A stretch of 64,000 nt of DNA, from the IMG/VR virus record IMGVR_UViG_3300037042_002125, positions 1 through 64,000 of that record; one strand, given 5' to 3'. Under the pieces are notes generated by a model, which was not told the DNA's origin, searched no databases, and saw only the letters and a program-made list of their open reading frames with translations. Each line of letters starts with the position of its first letter. The stretch's first letter is position 1. The position numbers and the translations under genes are program-made. This document shows, one piece after another, positions 50,377 through 59,178 of this stretch.

Positions 50377-50523
50377 ATGTTAGATAAATTTCGGAATGCT
50401 TGCCAGATAATTTGCTATGCAGTCGCGTTCTGCATTGCTCTTGGTATAGGGTTGGCTATTGTTGCATCTACTGCTACAGTTATGTACCAAAAACTTATTA
50501 CATCTTCCTTCCCATCACGTTGA
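50377..50523 (+). CDS. small membrane protein (48 aa)
   Basis: GAGG RBS; one hydrophobic helix; manual translation. Confidence 0.55.
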   Translation: MLDKFRNACQIICYAVAFCIALGIGLAIVASTATVMYQKLITSSFPSR

Positions 50524-50532
50524 GACTAAAAA

Positions 50533-50988
50533 GTGTTCTGCCCAATAGAAAAACTCGAACTAAAGGTTAACACTTGTCCCGCATGTGGCTGCATCTACAA
50601 AGGTGTAGGGGGTGCTTGCCACTTTACGACATTGACAAAGGAGAATGTAGGAGTTAAAGATATTGCCGCGGCTAGGCAAAAGAAACCGTATATGGTGCAG
50701 ACCATGGCATCAACGGCAAAACACTCTGTAACCCTTGGCGCTACTCTGTTATCTTATGCACAATACATCAAAGACAGTTTTCCAGGCAGACAAAATTCCA
50801 GTCAAACTGTAAATAAACAGGACGATACGCAATTGAGCAAAGCATTGTATGTCATTTTTGGTTTATCGCAGGAACAACAAAAATACTTCTGGGACGAATC
50901 AAGAGTAATTGAGTGGTCAAAGCGGAAAAACATAACGCTTACCATTTCAGACATACGGGCCTTACTTTTAGCCGCGTCAATATCTTGA
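50533..50988 (+). CDS. Cys-rich hypothetical protein
   Basis: N-terminal CP..CPACGC..C. Confidence 0.65.
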   Translation: MFCPIEKLELKVNTCPACGCIYKGVGGACHFTTLTKENVGVKDIAAARQKKPYMVQTMASTAKHSVTLGATLLSYAQYIKDSFPGRQNSSQTVNKQDDTQLSKALYVIFGLSQEQQKYFWDESRVIEWSKRKNITLTISDIRALLLAASIS

Positions 50989-51024
50989 CAATAACTCACT
51001 CAACTGGAAACTGGAGAAATACCC

Positions 51025-51741
51025 ATGTCACTTAGTACAAAATCTGCCCCTAAAAGAACAGTCGCGCCCGTATCTATGGTCACGTCGAAGGTCAAAAAAT
51101 TCATGAGCATTGAACAGCTCGAAGAAGTAGAAAAGGGCCCTGTGTTCGTAATCAACGCAACCTCAGGTGAACTAGGTGGCAACCTTTTGTTCAGTGTGCC
51201 TAAGTTGAACGGCAACGGACATGATCTCATCCGTGTACCCAAGACGTTCATTCCGATCGACCTGTCGATGCAGGTTAGCCGCCAGCAATTGATTGCAAGC
51301 TCTGAATTCCGTTCAACGGTAAACAAAGGGCTGATCAAGATTGCCAGCCGTGAGTATGCTAATATGCTGTTGCAGAGCGAAGATGGACGCGCAGAACAAT
51401 TGCGTATTCAGAACGAAATGAAAGCCGCTCGTATGGTGGTTGAGAATGCTGTTGTCCAAGAAGACTCGGATGATGATTACATCGAGGTGAAGGCAGCGGA
51501 GAAAGAAGCTAAGAAGGCATCTGATGCAGATACAAACACAGTAAGCATCAAGTTGAAGACGCTGGTGAATAATGCCAAGCATGAAGAGTGGGCGCAGACA
51601 AAGGTCACCACAAGCCTGCGTAACTATGGCGAATTAAGCCGCAAAGATGTTTCGTACCTGAGCAAACAGTTCAAGGACAGCCCACGTATCCGCAAATACT
51701 TGCAAGAGGTTGCCAAGGAAAAAGGGTACCTTGCTAAGTAA
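51025..51741 (+). CDS. hypothetical protein
   Basis: GGAG RBS, 238 aa. Confidence 0.8.
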   Translation: MSLSTKSAPKRTVAPVSMVTSKVKKFMSIEQLEEVEKGPVFVINATSGELGGNLLFSVPKLNGNGHDLIRVPKTFIPIDLSMQVSRQQLIASSEFRSTVNKGLIKIASREYANMLLQSEDGRAEQLRIQNEMKAARMVVENAVVQEDSDDDYIEVKAAEKEAKKASDADTNTVSIKLKTLVNNAKHEEWAQTKVTTSLRNYGELSRKDVSYLSKQFKDSPRIRKYLQEVAKEKGYLAK

Positions 51742-51762
51742 GACGATTTCCTAGTCGTAAAG

Positions 51763-51796
51763 ATGGGGCGTAGATTTACGTAAATCTACGCCCCAT
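51763..51796. terminator. 34-bp perfect palindrome between convergent genes
   Basis: ATGGGGCGTAGATTTAC|GTAAATCTACGCCCCAT. Confidence 0.75.
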
Positions 51797-51815
51797 TGTC
51801 ATGAGCAAAACAAAG

Positions 51816-52091
51816 TTAACGTTTGTGTGGAATCAAATACTCTTCACCTTCAAAGTCTCCGGGGTCTGTTGGGACTTTGTACGAGTGAGTTTCTGGAACT
51901 GGTGCTGGTTGTGCCTTATGTCTCTTGCTTGTTAAGTGTGACGAAATAGGCGGGACGCTAACCTGGGAAGTGTGGTGATCTAGAGCGGCATGCCACGCCC
52001 TACGCATGAGGTATATCTCTTTCACAGATGGGTGAGGAGAGAATTTCTTGGCAGCTATCTGACTATCTATCCAAGTATCAAAATCTGACAT
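51816..52091 (-). CDS. hypothetical protein
   Basis: AGGAG RBS downstream of rSAM gene. Confidence 0.7.
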   Translation of the reverse strand: MSDFDTWIDSQIAAKKFSPHPSVKEIYLMRRAWHAALDHHTSQVSVPPISSHLTSKRHKAQPAPVPETHSYKVPTDPGDFEGEEYLIPHKR

Positions 52092-52105
52092 GGTATCTCC
52101 TAATG

Positions 52106-53224
52106 TTATGGCATCACTTCTACGAACTCGTATACCTCACAGGTCATAATCTTCTCCCGCACAGGCGAGGATACGTTCTTGAACCATTCGAGCGGAGAGT
52201 GCCTGTCTATTTCTTGACCCATGAAACGGATTAGATCACATATTGGGTCTGTGACATTGGAACGATACGCGAGATCGCGTTCAACGTAGCCCTTATTCAA
52301 GTTCTTTAGACAATTACCTCGGCACCAAGAGTAAGCCTCACACTTGGAACATGGCATTTCAGGGGTTAGTTGGAGAGGACTTGGCTTAAGCCAGTTGTTC
52401 TGTATATCTCCCATGCACATCGCAGGATCGTACAGCATATCAGGACACGGATAGATTGCACCGCTTGGCATAACGTTTAGCAAATGTGTTGATGTGCGGC
52501 ACTGAGTTTGGCCGTCATACAAATACTGTGCTAGGTTAGGAAACACTTTGTTTCGTACAATGCCCATAATAGGAATCATGGGGTACAATACGTCAGTAGA
52601 CTCGAAGAAACGGTCGATGAGTTTGGTCAACACGGTTTTCCGTTTACTCATCGAGTCGCCTCCGTACATAGCGTCTGCGACGAATTGCCAATACATATAG
52701 TCAAAGGGTGTACTGCCACTAACCAGTTCGTCAAGTTCTTCAAACGTCGTGTCTGGGTTGCTCCACGTAACTCTTGCAGTAACCGACCCACCAATGTGGT
52801 GACGGACCTCTTTCAACTTAGCTATTACTTGACGGTAGATTCCTCTACCTCTATAGTGGTCGGTAGTGGACTCGCCGCCGTCGATTGATGCTAGAACGTT
52901 TGATAGTTTTCCTAATGCCCATACTGGCATCTTGTCTATAAGAGTAGCGTTGGTCTGAAGCTGGAAACGGAAGTGAGGGAACCTCTCCATTACCTCAAGC
53001 ATCATAGGTTTGTTGAGCGTAGGCTCACCGCCGTAGAACGTGACGTAGATGTCCTTACCGCGCAGATGCATTTTGACGAACGCCTCAAGCTGGTCCAAGC
53101 TGTACTCGATCTTTGTCTGCGAGTCACGTACATCACCAACGCCCAATGAGCAGTATGTGCATTTGAGATTGCACTTGAGCGTGGTCAGCAATTGAAGTTC
53201 TACTTTGCCGCACTGTATTGTCAT
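52106..53224 (-). CDS. radical SAM/SPASM enzyme (resembles AF0577-type putative peptide-modifying family)
   Basis: CNLKCTYC, YGGEP, C-terminal C...G.IYPC...CSKC....WCRGNC...C. Confidence 0.85.
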   Translation of the reverse strand: MTIQCGKVELQLLTTLKCNLKCTYCSLGVGDVRDSQTKIEYSLDQLEAFVKMHLRGKDIYVTFYGGEPTLNKPMMLEVMERFPHFRFQLQTNATLIDKMPVWALGKLSNVLASIDGGESTTDHYRGRGIYRQVIAKLKEVRHHIGGSVTARVTWSNPDTTFEELDELVSGSTPFDYMYWQFVADAMYGGDSMSKRKTVLTKLIDRFFESTDVLYPMIPIMGIVRNKVFPNLAQYLYDGQTQCRTSTHLLNVMPSGAIYPCPDMLYDPAMCMGDIQNNWLKPSPLQLTPEMPCSKCEAYSWCRGNCLKNLNKGYVERDLAYRSNVTDPICDLIRFMGQEIDRHSPLEWFKNVSSPVREKIMTCEVYEFVEVMP

Positions 53225-53946
53225 TGAGGTGCCTCTATTATAATGCAATGCTGTATCTCTGGAGATACAAACCTTTTTATTGTGCAGGTTGGGAACACGG
53301 CTTTTATAAATTCATCTTTGTGAAACGCCAGCATCAAGTGCTGCTCAGTCAAAGCCTCTAGTTCTTCGTTCTTCAACAACACATTAGCAGACCCAACTAA
53401 GTACCCGTACCAACGTCCTTTAAATTTGTTGCGTACACTTAGCTTCAACTTCTCTTGGAAGCCTAAACGTTTCTGCAGGAAGAAAGATAGCGGGGCTTGC
53501 GCGTCTAAGCTCAAGTAGGTAGTCATCAACACACCGCCTGGATTAAGCAGGGGCATCAACTCGTTGCCTATTGTCTCTTGCATCTCCGTTACTGCCGTTG
53601 TGGTGAATACAGAGAACACAATGATGACGTCAAACTTTTGATCAGTTACTGACGTAGGCAAAGGCTCACCTTTAACCCCCTTGAAGTTGTATACCAAATT
53701 GAAGCGGTTGTACAAATGCCAATGCGCCTCAGGGAAAGCAGCATTACCATTTTCTAATGCGGCCTGTGACACATCCAAGCAGTGATAATTCTCTGGTTTG
53801 ATGGTGCAGTTGGGATCCCGTAAAATATTCCCCCAGTTGCCACCAAAGTCCAATACCTTTTTGTCCTCCCACCAACTTAGCGGTTGCCCCAACTGGGTTG
53901 CAAAGTATGAGAAGATTGGGTAGTAATTGTGAACGTGGTTATCCAT
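53221..53946 (-). CDS. class I SAM-dependent methyltransferase
   Basis: VLDFGGNWG, LDVS, FDVI..FSVFT, LNPGG. Confidence 0.8.
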   Translation of the reverse strand: MDNHVHNYYPIFSYFATQLGQPLSWWEDKKVLDFGGNWGNILRDPNCTIKPENYHCLDVSQAALENGNAAFPEAHWHLYNRFNLVYNFKGVKGEPLPTSVTDQKFDVIIVFSVFTTTAVTEMQETIGNELMPLLNPGGVLMTTYLSLDAQAPLSFFLQKRLGFQEKLKLSVRNKFKGRWYGYLVGSANVLLKNEELEALTEQHLMLAFHKDEFIKAVFPTCTIKRFVSPEIQHCIIIEAPQ

Positions 53947-53947
53947 G

Positions 53948-55057
53948 TTAGTTCCTAAAGTCCTTGAGCTGTTCTCTTAAGCCAACTACAAATTTCCTTG
54001 CGATCGGGACAGGCATGTCCAAATACTTGCGTACCTTGTTAGCATAAGCCTTCCTGTCAATACGAGAGCACATAGAGTCGTTATCGTGGCCAAGCCACTC
54101 ACTAAACTCTTTGTTGTAAATCCCCATAAGTAAATTCAGGAACAGCTTCTTTTTGCTAGACTTTGTCTCACTCATTATGTGATCAACAGTTTGCTCTAAG
54201 TCCCTGCGCCTGTCTACGTCTATGAATTGCTCACCTTCAACCACACGCCCGTCCAAGCCTGTAACTAAGGAGTTAGCTATCAACGTAGGGCCAAATCCCA
54301 TGTCAGGTATGCGATCAGATACAAGTAACTGTCCAAGGCTGACCAGCGTACCAGCAAATGTACCATCCCTTTGCTTGGACAACCTCATACGACCGGTTGT
54401 CGTCTGCTCTTTGATCACATTCATGCCACGGTTATGTATGGCAGTCTTTGCAATGTTGAGCATGTGCAGGCTACTCTTAATAACAGGGTAAGCCTTGTAG
54501 ATAGCGTAGACACCAAACTCTAGCAAGCCTTGCCGTATATCATCTTTCCCAAGCTGACCAGACTGTGTCAAGAACAAGAATTTGCGGTTAACAAACTTCT
54601 TGCAGTACACGTCAAGGTCACGCACCACACCGTTGAGCACGGTGCTGAACTTATAAGGAGACTTAGGTGTGTACCCCTTACGGCAATAATACTTGCACCT
54701 CTTCACAAGCTTAAGTGCTAGCCCATCTTTGGATCGTAGAACACTGTTAACAAGCTTAATATCATCAGCATGTACTTCAAGTCCTTTGGCTGGTTCCTTG
54801 ATTTGATTTATGCGAGCGTAGGCGTACAGCTTTAGGTCACGCTGAATCCTGCCACTCGTTTTCAAGTTTGATCTGAAATCAATGCAGTCCTGCCCTGACC
54901 AACCCATGTTCCCTTTGAGTGTTTTGCTCAACGTAGGGCTGTCAATGATGCGGAACATGTACATCAAGACTGAATACACAATTTCGCGGCGTGATGCTTT
55001 GCTCAACAGAATGTAATCTGGATCCTGATTAGCAAGTAGTCTTCCTATGGAGTTCAT
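53948..55057 (-). CDS. possible divergent sigma-factor-like protein
   Basis: DDIRQGLL..GV.AI..AYP...IAKTAIHNRGMN resembles sigma region 2; weak. Confidence 0.4.
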   Translation of the reverse strand: MNSIGRLLANQDPDYILLSKASRREIVYSVLMYMFRIIDSPTLSKTLKGNMGWSGQDCIDFRSNLKTSGRIQRDLKLYAYARINQIKEPAKGLEVHADDIKLVNSVLRSKDGLALKLVKRCKYYCRKGYTPKSPYKFSTVLNGVVRDLDVYCKKFVNRKFLFLTQSGQLGKDDIRQGLLEFGVYAIYKAYPVIKSSLHMLNIAKTAIHNRGMNVIKEQTTTGRMRLSKQRDGTFAGTLVSLGQLLVSDRIPDMGFGPTLIANSLVTGLDGRVVEGEQFIDVDRRRDLEQTVDHIMSETKSSKKKLFLNLLMGIYNKEFSEWLGHDNDSMCSRIDRKAYANKVRKYLDMPVPIARKFVVGLREQLKDFRN

Positions 55058-55068
55058 GTAAGTAACTC

Positions 55069-55767
55069 CTATACATTAAAGACCAGCGTACCATCCAAAC
55101 GCTTCTTAGCAGAAGGCGTAACCTTAGCTGACTTTTTCGCTTTGTCAAACCATTCCTTAGGGGCTGAGTCCATGCTAGGCGGGTTGTAGTCCAACTTGGC
55201 TAACACCTTATCATCCTCCTCCATTTGGAAGTTAGGCTTGGGATCTACTAGCTTACCGGCTTTTTGCAGGCGTACCTTCCGCTTCGCAAACTCCGTTGCT
55301 GTGTATATGCTATCCCTAAGGAACGTGCCAATCATAGGCTTGTTTCGTTGCGCCTTAGCCAAATCGGAGGTCACGTACACTAGCTGTGGTGACTGGGTTG
55401 TCACATTCAAAACAAACCCGCGGTAGTAGTTGCCCAAATAGTCATTGCCAATGCAGAAGTACACAGGCATGCCAAAGTGCAACTTGACCTTCTCAAACGT
55501 CTTGGACTTTTTCAACAATGACATGAACACTCGCGTCTCTTGTGACGTGAAATCTTTGTACAGCAAAGCCAAGTTGAACAGCAGCTCTGAATTGTGACGT
55601 GCCAACAGGTACACATCAGGCGCATAACAATCAGGAGCATCTGCGAAATGCTTTCGTCCTAGCTCACTGCAAGGTTTGCCAAACTTTTGCATCCGTTTGT
55701 AATGGATGCAATCTCCGCATTTTATCCCTATAGTGGCTTTGCCAATTGGGATTATTTTTCTTGCCAT
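55069..55767 (-). CDS. Cys-motif hypothetical protein
   Basis: CGDCIHY..C..C; GAGG RBS. Confidence 0.75.
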   Translation of the reverse strand: MARKIIPIGKATIGIKCGDCIHYKRMQKFGKPCSELGRKHFADAPDCYAPDVYLLARHNSELLFNLALLYKDFTSQETRVFMSLLKKSKTFEKVKLHFGMPVYFCIGNDYLGNYYRGFVLNVTTQSPQLVYVTSDLAKAQRNKPMIGTFLRDSIYTATEFAKRKVRLQKAGKLVDPKPNFQMEEDDKVLAKLDYNPPSMDSAPKEWFDKAKKSAKVTPSAKKRLDGTLVFNV

Positions 55768-55775
55768 AAATGCCT

Positions 55776-56228
55776 CTACTTAAAGTGTGTGTTATAAAGC
55801 TTATTGACCGCAAATTCGATAAGTCTCTCTCGGGAGACGTTACCGTAGACTTTTTTAAGTTGTTTGAGTTGAAGAAGAGTCTCTCCTTTAGGTGAAATCA
55901 CTAGCACTTGTTTCTTGTTTGGATCATTCTCAGTTGCGATGCGAGCATTGCATACAACGGAAGCCAACCAAAGAAGCTTCTTGTTTTGGTCTTCGTATTT
56001 GGTGAGTAGTTCTGTAAAGGGCCTTTTTGAATAAAGTCTAAGCGCGATATTGTTAAGTGCGGTGTGGTGAGAGTCACACAGGCTAACCTGTGGTCCGTCT
56101 ACTCCCCCATACGCTCTCGGAATAATATGGTGATCTTCCCTTTGATTGGAACTGTCAAAGGGGACCTTGCATACCCAACAATATGGAAGTATTGTTGTCT
56201 GTGTAATGGAAAATTCTTGTGTTGCCAT
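55776..56228 (-). CDS. HNH endonuclease-like protein
   Basis: CWVC..HHIIPRAYGG....LCDSHH. Confidence 0.8.
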   Translation of the reverse strand: MATQEFSITQTTILPYCWVCKVPFDSSNQREDHHIIPRAYGGVDGPQVSLCDSHHTALNNIALRLYSKRPFTELLTKYEDQNKKLLWLASVVCNARIATENDPNKKQVLVISPKGETLLQLKQLKKVYGNVSRERLIEFAVNKLYNTHFK

Positions 56229-56243
56229 ATTAGGCTAAGCGAG

Positions 56244-56678
56244 TTACACGCTGATCAAGAAATCTTTTTCAAAAGTAAAGGGTTCAAATTCTTTCATGAC
56301 AAGTGTATCACTTACACTAACCAGAAAGCTTTTGTTGGTGTGGCTCAAAGGAGGAGCCTGATCAAGGAACACCAACCGGATTGGATAATCATCTAGCGTA
56401 CCTAGGTCCAAAGCACGTTGCTTGAGTGCTATACTACCTAGTCCGCCACTTAGCTCAGATATCTCATGAGTTGGACTCCACGAGCGCCCAAAGCTTGTGA
56501 ACTTTGATTGGTAAGGTCCTTGAGGAGAGAAGCCTTTCGGATAACCTCCGCCTTCATCTCCAATCCACAGAGGCACATACAAGTGATCGAAGTCAACGGA
56601 TATAGGCGCTGACATGAAAATCTCTATAAGACGCTTCTTGGTCCGCTCTGTTGGGACAGTTACTACAAGGTGCCTCAT
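56244..56678 (-). CDS. hypothetical protein
   Basis: AGGAG RBS before MRHLVV. Confidence 0.7.
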   Translation of the reverse strand: MRHLVVTVPTERTKKRLIEIFMSAPISVDFDHLYVPLWIGDEGGGYPKGFSPQGPYQSKFTSFGRSWSPTHEISELSGGLGSIALKQRALDLGTLDDYPIRLVFLDQAPPLSHTNKSFLVSVSDTLVMKEFEPFTFEKDFLISV

Positions 56679-57493
56679 TTGTAATCTCCTTGGAAGGGGA
56701 ACGTCCATGACTTCAAGATAAAGTGCCCACCTAACGTACATGCACTAAGCTTCTTAAGGTCTGCATCTGTTATAAGCCACACCCACTGAACAAATCCAAC
56801 CTTCTTGGCGTTCCCAAGCATAGTGTATGACTTGCCCGTCCTCTCCTTGAGAGTCTCTATGATGTAGTTGACAGCAGCTGGTAACTGCCTCTTGTAAGAG
56901 GAGGTTATCCAATCCATGTCAAGACCAATCACAACTTGGTTATCGAGCACAGGGTAGCCCTCAAATGATCCTGAACTCAAGTGCAGCGTCTTAAGCTTGT
57001 CACTTATGAGCATGTTCTTGGTAATAGCTATCACAGGAGCTCTTGTAGCTTTGAACTTCTTGCCCAACAGCTTCTTTACTATTACCTTCTTGAAGACCGC
57101 ATACTTCTGCAGCATCTTCTGGCCTTCCTTCTTCATGTCAATGCCGTGCATGTCTTGGAGGGTATCTTGCTCTTCTTCAGATGGGGTCAAAGGAAGATTT
57201 TTGCTCTTTTTGTACTCCATCTTCTTGCAGTCGTCCCACAGGTTGTGGACGTCGCCTGCAAGTTGGTTAACTTCTTTCTCGCCCGCATCATCAGATGCTA
57301 GGCCGTCTTTCAAACTTTGTACACCGTTATATGCCTTCTTGTAGAAGACCTTAAACGGAGCAGGCGTACTATCCACATACTTATCGAGGATCGTACATAA
57401 ACGGGTTAGGCTTTGAATCTGAAAGTTGACTGGACGCCCAGCCAATTTTTTCACACCACTCAGGAGTTGAAATAGTTTATCAGAATGTTCCAT
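56675..57493 (-). CDS. hypothetical protein
   Basis: 272-aa ORF. Confidence 0.75.
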   Translation of the reverse strand: MEHSDKLFQLLSGVKKLAGRPVNFQIQSLTRLCTILDKYVDSTPAPFKVFYKKAYNGVQSLKDGLASDDAGEKEVNQLAGDVHNLWDDCKKMEYKKSKNLPLTPSEEEQDTLQDMHGIDMKKEGQKMLQKYAVFKKVIVKKLLGKKFKATRAPVIAITKNMLISDKLKTLHLSSGSFEGYPVLDNQVVIGLDMDWITSSYKRQLPAAVNYIIETLKERTGKSYTMLGNAKKVGFVQWVWLITDADLKKLSACTLGGHFILKSWTFPFQGDYK

Positions 57494-57531
57494 GGTATCA
57501 TGTTACTCTAGTAGCCCTTAAAAACGCACAT

Positions 57532-57578
57532 ACCCTGCCAAGGTTGCCCAGAGACACTTTGGCAGGGTTAGTAGCTGA
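57532..57578 (-). terminator. hairpin downstream of H1-like gene
   Basis: ACCCTGCCAA...TTGGCAGGGT inverted repeat. Confidence 0.5.
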
Positions 57579-57601
57579 ATACGTCAAGACGTTAGCCTAG
57601 A

Positions 57602-58042
57602 CTAAATCCAGGAGTCATCATCCTTAGCAGCCTTCTTGGAAGCCTTTTTGTCACCTTTGGACTTCTTGGACTTCTTGTCAGCTTTTTCTGCCTTTGCTTT
57701 CTTAGCAGGAGGCAGGCTTGCTTTGGCAGCGACCTTCTTGGCTGCCACTTTCTTAGCAGCGACCTTCTTGGCTGCCACTTTCTTAGCAGCTACCTTCTTG
57801 GCTGCCACTTTCTTAGCAGCTACCTTCTTGGCCGGAACAGCATTGTCTTTTTTGGCCTGCTTTGCAGCAAGCTTGGCGGCCTTCCGCTCTGCTTTAGATG
57901 GCTTAGCCGCTTTTTCCGCCTTTACCTTCTTTGCCTTTACCTTCTCAGCCTTCGCTGGCTTTGCAGCCTCGTTGGTGTCCAAAGCCTTGATTGCCTTGAA
58001 CAGGGCCTTGACTTGGGTCAGGAGTTCTTTTTTGGTTGACAT
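57602..58042 (-). CDS. histone H1-like Lys/Ala-rich DNA-binding protein
   Basis: 7 KKVAA pentapeptides, very basic. Confidence 0.8.
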   Translation of the reverse strand: MSTKKELLTQVKALFKAIKALDTNEAAKPAKAEKVKAKKVKAEKAAKPSKAERKAAKLAAKQAKKDNAVPAKKVAAKKVAAKKVAAKKVAAKKVAAKKVAAKKVAAKASLPPAKKAKAEKADKKSKKSKGDKKASKKAAKDDDSWI

Positions 58043-58195
58043 ACTCTTCTCACTTCTTAAGTTATTAACTTACCACTAGCACAAATGTTATCAACGTTTT
58101 ACAGATAACCAGAGTTATGGCTTTCCGTAACTACATTATAACACAATTCTTTTTGTTGTTTAGGCACAACAATCCAGTTGTTTAGGAGCAACAAA

Positions 58196-58435
58196 TTATC
58201 TATTGGCGTTTTGTGTACTTCCTTTCCTTTCAAGATGTTTTTGGACGGCTGATACAGTGTGACGTTCGATAGTGACCCCACCTTCGATATTGGATGTCAA
58301 GTGAAGGCTATCGTCGTCAAAGCTCTGTATGTTCCCGACCAGTTTTACTCCGTTTACAAGATACACGTCAACAAGAGTTTTGTTGGACTGCAGATCGCGC
58401 AACCGGGAATTCATGATTGAATCTTTGGTCGTCAT
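58196..58435 (-). CDS. hfq: Hfq-like Sm protein
   Basis: VYLVNGVKLVGNIQSFD in exact register with E. coli IYLVNGIKLQGQIESFD; ERHTVS for YKHAIS. Confidence 0.88.
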   Translation of the reverse strand: MTTKDSIMNSRLRDLQSNKTLVDVYLVNGVKLVGNIQSFDDDSLHLTSNIEGGVTIERHTVSAVQKHLERKGSTQNANR

Positions 58436-58449
58436 ATCTTCTTTCTTCT

Positions 58450-59178
58450 TTAGAACACTGCCATGAACCTCGATCCAATAGGGGTTTTCATCTCACCCTG
58501 TAGAAGCGGCTCAGTATTAAAATACTTTGACAAATCTTCTACGCTATGCACCAAGTTGGTGTGATCGTCTGCAGGCATGTTAGTTCCTTGCAAAAGCCAA
58601 CGTATAGTAGGGTGAGCCCTACTTATGAAATTCAATATACGGTTAGGTTCAAAGTGTTCAATTCCTGTCCATACAACCAACGAGCCAGCATCCAAAGAAG
58701 CGGGATTTAAATCCCATACATCGGTATGTCCCCAGGATGAATTATTATGCGTCCTGTTATCTCTGTGGGCAGTCTCTGATACTACTAAGGCAGTTTTGTC
58801 CAAGTCAAAATAGTACCTGCTTGTCTGATCATCCTTGTATCCAATTCGGAGAGCATCAAATGCGCCTTGCATACCAAACCATGACCCAAAATAGTAAACC
58901 TTCTTCATAGGGAATTGAGCCCACAGCCACAAGTAGGCATTTGATGCCCACCGGCGACTAAGTATCTGGAAGGGGCTTAGAGCATCCAACACAGACTGTT
59001 TGAACTCTATATCCTTATGGTAGCTTTGCCTCACAAGTGATGCAACAAAATTCCCAGGAGTAGTGTCTTGTATATGTATCAGCTTGGTGCATACTGCCCT
59101 GTTACTTGCATTGTTGCTGACAAACCATTCAACTTCTAGTCCTCCGTAACACTGTACATGGTCAGCTTTGGCAGTCAT
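58450..59178 (-). CDS. methyltransferase-like protein
   Basis: YYFGSWFG, FDLD, TGIEH, DH.N, RFM pattern of phage class I MTase-like proteins. Confidence 0.55.
   Translation of the reverse strand: MTAKADHVQCYGGLEVEWFVSNNASNRAVCTKLIHIQDTTPGNFVASLVRQSYHKDIEFKQSVLDALSPFQILSRRWASNAYLWLWAQFPMKKVYYFGSWFGMQGAFDALRIGYKDDQTSRYYFDLDKTALVVSETAHRDNRTHNNSSWGHTDVWDLNPASLDAGSLVVWTGIEHFEPNRILNFISRAHPTIRWLLQGTNMPADDHTNLVHSVEDLSKYFNTEPLLQGEMKTPIGSRFMAVF

Noticed and set aside
56244-56678. 2H phosphoesterase / Acb1-like anti-CBASS protein
   Set aside because: Size and spacing are vaguely similar but both HxT/S catalytic motifs are absent
57636-58079. Plus-strand hydrophobic AATFL-repeat ORF
   Set aside because: Antisense of the KKVAA-repeat H1-like gene
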